A program made the position numbers and the translations under genes. The notes under the pieces are model-generated. The model had not been told where the DNA came from, ran no database searches, and saw only the letters and a list, made by a program, of their open reading frames with translations. From Candidatus Sodalis pierantonii str. SOPE (GTDB lineage: Bacteria; Pseudomonadota; Gammaproteobacteria; Enterobacterales; Enterobacteriaceae), in assembly GCF_000517405.1 (NCBI RefSeq), contig NZ_CP006568.1, forward strand, positions 1,669,152 to 1,701,151: a stretch of 32,000 nucleotides of DNA, given 5' to 3'. This document shows, piece by piece, positions 17,094 through 24,420 of this stretch. Within the stretch, counting starts at the first letter, position 1; every line of letters starts with the position of its first letter.

Positions 17094-18177
17094 GAAAAAG
17101 ACAGCTATCGCACTTGCAGTGGCACTGGCAGGTTTCGCAACCGTAGCGCAAGCCGCTCCGAAAGACGACACCTGGTACACTGGCGGCAAACTGGGCTGGT
17201 CCCAGTACCACGACACCGGTTTCTACGGTAACGGTTTCGACAACCGCATCGGCAACGGTCCTACCCGTGATGACCAGTTAGGCGCGGGTGCTTTCGTCGG
17301 CTACCAGGCGAACCAGTACCTTGGTTTCGAGCTGGGCTACGACTGGCTGGGCCGTATGGCGTACAAAGGCAGCGTGAACAACGGCTCGTTCAAAGCGCAG
17401 GGTATTTCCCTGGCCGCCAAGCTGAGCTACCCGCTGACCGACGACCTGGACATCTACACCCGTCTGGGCGGCATGGTATGGCATGCTGATTCCAAAGGTG
17501 CTTACGACAACGGCAATGCAGGCCCGCGTAAGCGACCACGACACCGGCGTTTCCCCGCTGGCCGCTGTGGATCTGGAATATGCCTGGACCAAAAACTGGG
17601 CTACCCGTCTGGACTACCAGTGAGTTAACAACATCGGTGATACCGGTACCGTCGGTATCCGTCCTGATAACTCCATAGCTGAGCGTTGGCGTGTCCTACC
17701 GCTTTGGCCAGGATGAAGTGGCTGCCCCGGCTTCGGCTCCGGTTGTTCAGACCAAGCGCTTCACCCTGAAGTCTGACGTGCTGTTCAACTTCGACAAAGC
17801 CACGCTGAAACCGGAAGGTCAGCAAGCGCTGGATCAGCTGTACTCCCAGCTGAGCTCGATGGATCCGAAAGACGGCTCCGTTATCGTTCTGGGCTACACC
17901 GACCGTATCGGTTCCGACGCCTACAACCAGAAACTGTCTCAGGCGCGCGCACAGAGCGTCGTAAGCTACCTGGTTTCCAAAGGTATCCCTTCCGACAAGA
18001 TTTCCGCACGCGGTATGGGTAAATCCAACCCGGTTACTGGCAACACCTGTAACAGCGTGAAAGGCCGCGCCGCAGTCATCAGCTGCCTGGCCCCTGATCG
18101 TCGCGTAGAGATCGAAGTGAAAGGCATCAAAGACGTGGTAACTCAGCCGCAGGCTTAAGTTATCATATCGTGATAAA

Positions 18178-18198
18178 CCCCGGCGCGGCCGGGTTTTT
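18178..18198 (+). terminator. rho-independent terminator of ompA
   Basis: CCCGGC gcg GCCGGG followed by TTTTT, 20 nt after the ompA stop. This is the same position as the E. coli ompA terminator. Confidence 0.6.
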
Positions 18199-18264
18199 AC
18201 CCCTTGATATTACTAGGCGTTAAGCATATTTTCAATGACTTAAGCCCTCTTTGGGGTCTAGTGA

Positions 18265-18830
18265 TTAACCATCAGAACCCATATGTGTGGATGGAATGTG
18301 GATGTTCCCCCTCAGCGGATTCAGCGCTATGGCATCTTGCAAATAGTCTGGAGCAAGATGTGCATAGGTCATGGTCTGCTGAATATTTGCATGGCCCATT
18401 ATCTTCTGTAGCGTCAAAAGATTACCTCCGTTAATCATGAAATGCGCAGCAAATGTATGGCGGAGTACGTGAGCAGCTTGACCTTTGGGCAAGTCAGGTT
18501 TGACTTCTCGCAACATTTTTCTGTACTCACTATAATTCACGTTGCACAATGTTCCTGATGCTTTCATTTTTACCGCTTTTATCACTTCATCAGAAAGGGG
18601 AACAGTGCGAACCTTACCGTTTTTGGTTTCCGTAAAAGTTGCCCTGTTGTGCTGGATGCGCTCAGCCTTCAGGCTTGTAGCCTCTCCCCATCTCGCACCT
18701 GTACTAAGGCATAAAATAGTGATCCGCTGTGCATCACCTTCCGTAGCTTCTAACAAGCGGGCTATCTCCTCGCTCGTAAGATAGGTCATCTCGGGTGTTT
18801 TTTCTTTAAGCGCTGAAAGTGCCCGTATTG
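18265..18830 (-). pseudogene. phage-type tyrosine integrase, C-terminal catalytic half only (truncated by IS256 copy B)
   Basis: IRALSALKEKTPEMTYLTSEEIARLL...LSTGARWGEATSLK...HVLRHTFAAHFMINGGNLLTLQKIMGHANIQQTMTYAHL carries the R...HxxR...Y catalytic signature. The open frame runs straight into the IS end at 18831. No N-terminal half is found beyond the IS. Confidence 0.85.
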
Positions 18831-20145
18831 GAGCCTGTTTAGAAATTTGTGTATTTGCTTGATTTTGATATGTTCAATCCAACATCAAAAACAGGTTAAT
18901 TTATGGACGAAAAACAGTTGCAGGCTCTGGCTAACGAACTGGCCAAAAATCTCAAAACCCCTGAAGATCTCAGTCACTTCGATCGGCTGCTGAAAAAAAT
19001 CAGCGTCAAAGCAGCTCTCAATGCCGAAATGACCCATCACCTCGGCTACGATAAAAATCAGCCTAAACCGGGGACCAACGCCCGCAACGGCTATTCCACA
19101 AAAACCATTACCACTGGCTATGGCCCGCTGGCGCTGCGTACTCCACGCGATCGTGACGGTTCCTTTGAACCGCAACTGGTGAAGAAGAACCAGCCCCGGA
19201 TTACCGGGATGGATAACCAGATTTTATCGTTGTACGCCAAAGGGATGACCACCCGCGAGATCGCCGCCGCGTTCAAAGAGCTGTATGACGCCGATGTCTC
19301 GCCGGCGCTGGTCTCAAAGGTCACCGATGCGGTCATGGAGCAGGTTGTCGAATGGCAAAACCGGCCTCTGGATGCAGTCTATCCCATTGTTTATCTTGAC
19401 TGTATCGTTCTAAAAGTCCGGCAGGACAGCCGCATCATCAACAAATCTGTGTTCCTGGCGCTGGGCATCAACATCGAAGGCCAGAAAGAGTTGCTAGGTA
19501 TGTGGCTGGCCGAAAATGAAGGCGCAAAGTTCTGGCTGAACGTGCTGACAGAGCTGAAAAACCGCGGCCTGAACGATATCCTTATCGCCTGCGTAGACGG
19601 ACTGAAAGGTTTCCCTGACGCTATTAACGCGGTGTATCCGGAGGCGCGGCTCCAGCTGTGTATCGTGCATATGGTGCGCAACAGCCTGCTGTTCGTCTCC
19701 TGGAAGAACTACAAGGCCGTCACCCGCGACCTGAAAGCTATTCTTCAGGCCCCTACGGAAGAAGCCGGCTTGCAGGCGCTGGAAGCGTTCTCCAGTGCCT
19801 GGGACATCCGCTACCCGCAAATAAGTCGAAGCTGGCAGGCAAACTGGGCCAATCTGGCCACGTTCTTTGCCTACCCAACGGACATCCGCAAGGTGATCTA
19901 CACGACCAACGCCATCGAGTCGTTAAACAGCGTGATCCGGCATGCCATCAAAAAGCGCAAGGTGTTCCCGACCGACGACGCAGTGAAAAAGGTGGTGTGG
20001 CTGGCGATACAGGCGGCCTCACAGAAATGGACAATGCCTTTGAGGGACTGGCGCATGGCAATGAGCCGCTTTATTATCGAGTTCGGTGACCGCCTGGACG
20101 GTCACTTCTGAGAAAAGGCATTTACACAGAATCGTGTACAGGGTC
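18831..20145 (+). mobile_element. IS256-family insertion sequence, copy B (1315 bp), no target duplication
   Basis: Ends and length are the same as copy A. The flanks are CCGTATTG on the left and GTTGTCTA on the right, so they are not duplicated. Confidence 0.92.
18903..20111 (+). CDS. IS256-family transposase, intact ORF, 8 aa differences from copy A
   Basis: 402 aa. Differences from copy A are E36K, V69I, D73Y, T98P, SLRF->SLLF, WKDY->WKNY, AIYQ->AILQ and AFFS->AFSS. Confidence 0.95.
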   Translation: MDEKQLQALANELAKNLKTPEDLSHFDRLLKKISVKAALNAEMTHHLGYDKNQPKPGTNARNGYSTKTITTGYGPLALRTPRDRDGSFEPQLVKKNQPRITGMDNQILSLYAKGMTTREIAAAFKELYDADVSPALVSKVTDAVMEQVVEWQNRPLDAVYPIVYLDCIVLKVRQDSRIINKSVFLALGINIEGQKELLGMWLAENEGAKFWLNVLTELKNRGLNDILIACVDGLKGFPDAINAVYPEARLQLCIVHMVRNSLLFVSWKNYKAVTRDLKAILQAPTEEAGLQALEAFSSAWDIRYPQISRSWQANWANLATFFAYPTDIRKVIYTTNAIESLNSVIRHAIKKRKVFPTDDAVKKVVWLAIQAASQKWTMPLRDWRMAMSRFIIEFGDRLDGHF

Positions 20146-20440
20146 GTTGTCTATAATCCCATTATTTCGCCGTCATCGTTTCCGCATTATTTCGGCCAAG
20201 CTACATCCATTGCGCATTCCAATTAATGATGTCGGACTATGTTGCCCGTCCATGGCGCTATCTCACCGTGATAGTCGCCTCTTCCATGAATAGGGCCGCA
20301 CGGTGCCAATGTGGCCACAAAGTGCCGATGATGGCGCGGCAGTTAATTGCCCCCGCCCTTTTCTCGCAAACGCAGGGCTGGCAAACAGGGGGTGTCCTTT
20401 GCGGCTGGTGACAGGCGTAGGGCATCACCCTTTGCGGCCA

Positions 20441-20899
20441 TCAGTTGGTTTTTTCGCCGAGGATAGCCTTCAGGTCGCTGCGCAACGACGACAGGGTTTT
20501 GTCGACTTTTTCCTTACGTTCCGCATCTTCTAGCAGGTTGATAATGGTCTCTGACAGGGTGTTCCCGCGTCGCTGGGCCAGCGCGGCCAAGCGTTGCCAA
20601 ACCAGGTATTCCAAATCGATGGATTTCTTGCGCGTATGTTGATGTTCAGCGTTAAAGTGCCGCTTACGCCGCGCCCGAATGGTTTGCTTCATGCGGTTTT
20701 CCAGCACGGGATGCATTGACTCGCGAATCCATTTCAGAATTTTTTCCGGCTGGTGCTGATAACTGATAAGCTCCTGAACAGATTCCGCCGCCGCGCTGTT
20801 CTCTTCGTGACGGGAGATGCGCTCCCCTTCACGGTGTTTTTTAATCAGGTATTTCCACTTCCAACCGGTTTCCAAATTTTCAAGCTACTGGTATTTCAT
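20441..20899 (-). pseudogene. matP: Ter macrodomain organiser MatP with TAG at codon 5
   Basis: ATG AAA TAC CAG TAG CTT GAA AAT TTG GAA ACC GGT TGG reads [25 protein letters not shown]..., versus recalled E. coli [26 protein letters not shown]. The remaining 144 codons are open and conserved ([30 protein letters not shown]). Confidence 0.75.
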
Positions 20900-21061
20900 A
20901 GGAGCGCACCTGTGACCGTGTAACCTGTGCCTGATGATAGCATTGTTGGTTGTTAATTCACTAATATTTGTCCGTACCGATCATTTGACGCCCGCACCGG
21001 GGCATTCAGGCAATGATGCGTCAGGGAGCAAAACAGGCCGAGACGAAGCAATGTCTCTTCT

Positions 21062-21069
21062 TGTATAAT
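21062..21069 (+). promoter_or_regulatory. candidate extended -10 promoter element (TGTATAAT) for ycbZ
   Basis: TGnTATAAT-type hexamer 36 nt upstream of the ycbZ start. There is no good -35. Confidence 0.3.
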
Positions 21070-21104
21070 CAGCGTTTCCCTGAACAGCGACGTTATTTAT
21101 CATT

Positions 21105-22856
21105 TTGACCAATAAAAAATTAGAATGGAAATATTTACTGCCCGATCTGGCCGGTTTCGCGGCGGTATTTGACCAACCCTGCCCGCCTCTGTCCGCCCCT
21201 TTGGCAACGCTTCAGGCCCGTCTCACGGACGGGTTGACGCAATTTTGCCATTCACGCTCGCCCAGCCGTTTTATGCTGCTGACGGCGCAGGAGGAGGAGG
21301 AATATTTTCAGCTAATTGCCGAGACGGTGAAACAGATCCTGCCAGCGTCGGGTCACCCCGTCGGCAGCCGCTATGTCGTGACTGGTATGGGCGTAAGCGA
21401 ACAGCCGGCGACCAAGGTGGATGATAACTTCGCCGCGCGCGACGCCTGCGTCTGGCAGTCCTGGGTGGAGTATGAGCCGCTGTTTGGCGCGCTGCGCTGC
21501 TATCGGGATGTAATCGATCTACAGCCGGGCCTAGTGCACCACGCCAACGGCGGTGTCCTTATCGTCGGCGTACGCGCGCTGGTGAGCCAGCCTTTGCTCT
21601 GGCTGCGGCTCAAGCAGATGATTTTACAGCAGCGCTTTGATTGGCTGCCGGCGGACGACCGCCGGCCATTGCCGGTGTCCGTACCGTCAATGCCGCTGAA
21701 CTTGCGGCTTATTGTGGTCGGCGATCGCGAAGGATTGGCCGACCTTAACGATTTGGAGCCCGAGCTTACCCGTTTGGCGCTGTATGGCGAATTTGAGTCC
21801 GAATTGCGCATTGCCGGCGCGGAGGAGATGAGCCAGTGGTGCGCCTGGGTAAACACGCTCGCGCAGCGCCAGGGATTACCGCTGCTGAGCGCCGATGCCT
21901 GGCCGGTGCTGGTGCGGCAGTCGGTCCGCTACAGCGGCGATCAGTGCCAACTGCCTTTATGTCCGCAATGGCTTATCCGCCGGTTAAAAGAGGCGGCGCT
22001 GTACGGCTCGCAGCAGGCGCTGACCGCCGCGGCGTTTACCGACAGTGAGCGCACCCGTGTCTGGCGCGAAAGTTATCTCAGCGAGCGTATGCAAGACGAG
22101 ATCGCCGAAGGCCAGGTTATGGTGGAAACCGAGGGACAGGTGGTCGGCCAGGTCAATGCCCTTTCGGTGCTGGATTTTCCGGGCCACCCGCTGCCGTTCG
22201 GCGAGCCGTCGCGCATTAGCTGCGTGGTTCATTTGGGCGATGGCGAAATTAACGACGTGGAGCGTAAGGCGGAACTGGGCGGCAATCTTCACGCTAAGGG
22301 CATGATGATTATGCAGGCGTTTTTGATGTCGGCGCTGGAACTCGACCAACAGCTGCCCTTCTCCGCCTCGCTGGTCTTCGAGCAGTCCTATGGCGAGGTC
22401 GACGGAGATAGCGCCTCGCTGGCGGAAGGGGTGGCGCTAATTAGCGCCCTGGCGGATAGACCCATCAATCAGCAAATCGCCGTTACCGGCTCGGTGGATC
22501 AATTCGGCCACGTACAGCCCATCGGCGGCGTCAATGAGAAAATAGAAGGCTTCTTTGCCCTGTGCCGGTCGCGCGAGCTGACCGGCGCTCAAGGGGTAAT
22601 TATTCCTACCGCCAATGTGCGCTACCTTTGCCTCAATGACGATGTCATCGATGCGGTGCGCGAGGGGCAATTTTCCCTTTGGGCGGTGGATACTATCGAT
22701 GAAGCGTTGGAAATCCTGACCGCGATGCCGTTTGACCACGACAAGGGTCCAAGTCTTCTTGCGTCGATACGCGAACGTATCGCCAATGTTAATCTGCACG
22801 AACGGCAACGTTTGCCCTGGGGCTTCCGCTGGCTAAACTGGTTTAACCAGAGCTAA
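21105..22856 (+). CDS. ycbZ: Lon-like peptidase YcbZ (LonH)
   Basis: 583 aa, collinear with recalled E. coli YcbZ (586 aa): ...LQPGLVHHANGGVLIV..., ...GEPSRISCVVHLGDGEINDVERKAELGGNLHAKGMMIMQAFL..., ...SYGEVDGDSASLAE..., ...RWLNWFNQS*. The start appears to be TTG, without an obvious SD. Confidence 0.88.
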   Translation: MTNKKLEWKYLLPDLAGFAAVFDQPCPPLSAPLATLQARLTDGLTQFCHSRSPSRFMLLTAQEEEEYFQLIAETVKQILPASGHPVGSRYVVTGMGVSEQPATKVDDNFAARDACVWQSWVEYEPLFGALRCYRDVIDLQPGLVHHANGGVLIVGVRALVSQPLLWLRLKQMILQQRFDWLPADDRRPLPVSVPSMPLNLRLIVVGDREGLADLNDLEPELTRLALYGEFESELRIAGAEEMSQWCAWVNTLAQRQGLPLLSADAWPVLVRQSVRYSGDQCQLPLCPQWLIRRLKEAALYGSQQALTAAAFTDSERTRVWRESYLSERMQDEIAEGQVMVETEGQVVGQVNALSVLDFPGHPLPFGEPSRISCVVHLGDGEINDVERKAELGGNLHAKGMMIMQAFLMSALELDQQLPFSASLVFEQSYGEVDGDSASLAEGVALISALADRPINQQIAVTGSVDQFGHVQPIGGVNEKIEGFFALCRSRELTGAQGVIIPTANVRYLCLNDDVIDAVREGQFSLWAVDTIDEALEILTAMPFDHDKGPSLLASIRERIANVNLHERQRLPWGFRWLNWFNQS

Positions 22857-22921
22857 GGGAATTGTCAGCAGCCTGCATGTCGGGTAATGTGCGAGACTCA
22901 ATAATTAGGGTTTAGAGAAAT

Positions 22922-23440
22922 ATGGTAGATAAACGCGTATACTATACCAAAGAAGATCTGCTGGCGTCCAGCCGCGGCGAACTGTTCGGCAAAGAGGGCC
23001 CGCAGTTGCCGGCACCGAATATGCTGATGATGGACCGGGTGGTCAAAATGACCGAAGACGGCGGTAATTACAATAAAGGTTTCGTGGAAGCGGAACTGGA
23101 TATTCACCCGGATATGTGGTTCTTCGGCTGCCATTTTATCGGCGATCCGGTGATGCCCGGCTGTTTGGGTCTGGACGCCATGTGGCAATTGGTGGGTTTC
23201 TATCTGGGCTGGCTGGGCGGCGAAGGCAAAGGCCGCGCGCTTGGCGTCGGCGAAGTGAAATTCACCGGGCAAATCTTGCCGAGCGCGAAAAAAGTGACTT
23301 ATCGCATTCATTTCCGCCGCGTGATTAACCGCAAGCTAGTAATGGGCATGGCTGACGGCGAAGTACTGTGCGACGGTACCGTGATTTATACCGCGAGCGA
23401 TTTGAAAGTCGGCCTGTTCAAAGATACCGCGGCTTTCTGA
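22922..23440 (+). CDS. fabA: 3-hydroxydecanoyl-ACP dehydratase/isomerase
   Basis: 172 aa, near-identical to E. coli FabA ([40 protein letters not shown]...[31 protein letters not shown]...LKVGLF.DT.AF*). Confidence 0.97.
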   Translation: MVDKRVYYTKEDLLASSRGELFGKEGPQLPAPNMLMMDRVVKMTEDGGNYNKGFVEAELDIHPDMWFFGCHFIGDPVMPGCLGLDAMWQLVGFYLGWLGGEGKGRALGVGEVKFTGQILPSAKKVTYRIHFRRVINRKLVMGMADGEVLCDGTVIYTASDLKVGLFKDTAAF

Positions 23441-23494
23441 TGTTTATGGCCGGCATGACGACGCTTTCTGCCGGCGCGCGCCGACGACGTCCGT

Positions 23495-23521
23495 AAAAAA
23501 AACCTCCGCGCCAGGCGGAGG
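23495..23521 (-). terminator. rho-independent terminator of rmf (hairpin shared with the convergent fabA)
   Basis: On the minus strand, CCTCCGC ctggc GCGGAGG is followed by T8 (plus-strand A8 at 23495-23502). It lies 19 nt after the rmf stop. Confidence 0.65.
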
Positions 23522-23539
23522 TCGTTCTTGGGCGACAAA

Positions 23540-23704
23540 TCAGATTACCGACCTGTCTTCCATGGCTTTGCGCCAGCCTCCCAACCAGTGAGAGCGTGCG
23601 TCAAGTGATTGATATGGACAAAGTTCACGGGGACGCCCTGACAGACCCGCTTGATAGCCGCGTGAATGAGCACGTTCAAGGCGATCTCGTTTTTGTCTTT
23701 TCAT
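23540..23704 (-). CDS. rmf: ribosome modulation factor
   Basis: From the ATG at 23704 the frame reads MKRQKRDRLERAHSRGYQAGLSGRPRELCPYQSLDARSHWLGGWRKAMEDRSVI (54 aa), matching E. coli Rmf (55 aa). GAGGGA lies upstream. The 6 extra N-terminal residues in the ORF track are not conserved. Confidence 0.92.
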   Translation of the reverse strand: MKRQKRDRLERAHSRGYQAGLSGRPRELCPYQSLDARSHWLGGWRKAMEDRSVI

Positions 23705-23973
23705 AGGTTTATCCCTCATCATCTTGGCTGGTTGAAAGAAAACGGTAAGCTCTAGCGGCGAGGTTACACCTAATCTTTAATGAGAAAAGCGGCGAAGATC
23801 AAACCACCACGTCATCGATTTGTCATCTCGGCAGGGCAAAATTGACAAATCTCTCGGCCCTAAAAAAGACGCCGGTCGGGATAAACCGCTGAATTACCTC
23901 TTGTGTCGGCAACCTCCGCGAACGCCGGCCGCGACAGCCGGCGGCTTATGTAAATGCCTATAACAAATAATTA

Positions 23974-24420
23974 TTAGTTTATAGCTATAAATTCTTTCGC
24001 CACCTGCTGCCCGACAGTTTCCCAGCCCTGCGCCAGCGTACGCACCAGCGCATCGTAGCCATCCTTTTTCTGGGGCAGCGTCAAATTAAACGGCTGGCGG
24101 ATGACGCGTCCGTCGTGGGTCAAAAGCCACACCCCCTGTACGACTGCGCGCCCATCGTAACGGCCGTGGAAACCGGTGATGGTGACCGCCAACTGGTCGC
24201 TATCACCGCTGCTACCGATGGGTTGCGTGGATACCAGCGTCCCCGGTAGCGCGGCGCTTAAATTCGCCACCAGCGATTGCTGTAACTGCTGTTCCAGCGG
24301 ACTGGCCCACAGATTGCTGCGGGCCGTGATGTACTGCACGTCGCTGGTTTGATAGACCAGTCCGTTGCCGGCCAGAAAATCCGCCACCGATACCTGCGCT
24401 AAAAGTCTCCCTTTTTGCAT
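23974..24420 (-). pseudogene. pqiC: PqiC (YmbA) lipoprotein lacking signal peptide and lipobox (in-frame N-terminal deletion)
   Basis: MQK-GRLLAQVSVADFLAGNGLVYQTSDV... joins codons 1-3 directly to the region aligning with E. coli residues from about 42 (GNRLLWVEQVTVPDYLAGNGVVYQTSDV). That gives 148 aa versus 187 aa. The LAGC lipobox is absent. The start overlaps the pqiB stop (TAATG). Confidence 0.72.

Larger units (their letters stand above)
16029..18158 (+). pseudogene. ompA: outer-membrane protein A: IS insertion after codon 3, two frameshifts, one TGA
   Basis: ATGAAAAAGAC | IS | GAAAAAGACAGCTATCGCA...: the signal peptide [21 protein letters not shown] is split by the IS. The barrel is readable to ...[18 protein letters not shown] frameshift at about 17520-17530 leads into [31 protein letters not shown](TGA 17621-17623)[17 protein letters not shown] second frameshift at about 17672-17690 leads into [10 protein letters not shown]...OmpA C-domain...[13 protein letters not shown]. 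Confidence 0.92.

Noticed and set aside
7624-17623. Full genetic-code change (UGA = Trp, translation table 4) as the explanation for the six TGA codons at Trp positions
   Set aside because: TGA terminates several intact, conserved genes exactly at the expected C-terminus in this window: fabA (...AAF-TGA), rmf, sxy, matP and both IS256 transposases. UGA is therefore still a functional stop. Only leaky readthrough or a mutational bias remains plausible.
20086-20106. GTGACCG-N6-CGGTCAC palindrome as a matS site next to matP
   Set aside because: matS is GTGAC-N3-GTCAC (13 bp). This palindrome has the wrong spacing and lies inside the IS256 transposase 3' end. It is present in both IS copies.
20146-20440. 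ORFs 20226-20411 and 20303-20533 (plus strand), and a Cys-rich minus-strand frame, as remnants of prophage genes
   Set aside because: No recognisable motif appears in any frame and no RBS is present. The segment may be degraded prophage or intergenic DNA, but I cannot support a call without a database search.
22840-22921. FadR/FabR operator upstream of fabA
   Set aside because: The region overlapping the ycbZ stop (AGCTAAGGGAATTGTCAG) resembles the recalled E. coli FadR site (AACTGATCGGACTTGTT) only if gaps are allowed. The match is too degenerate to call by eye.
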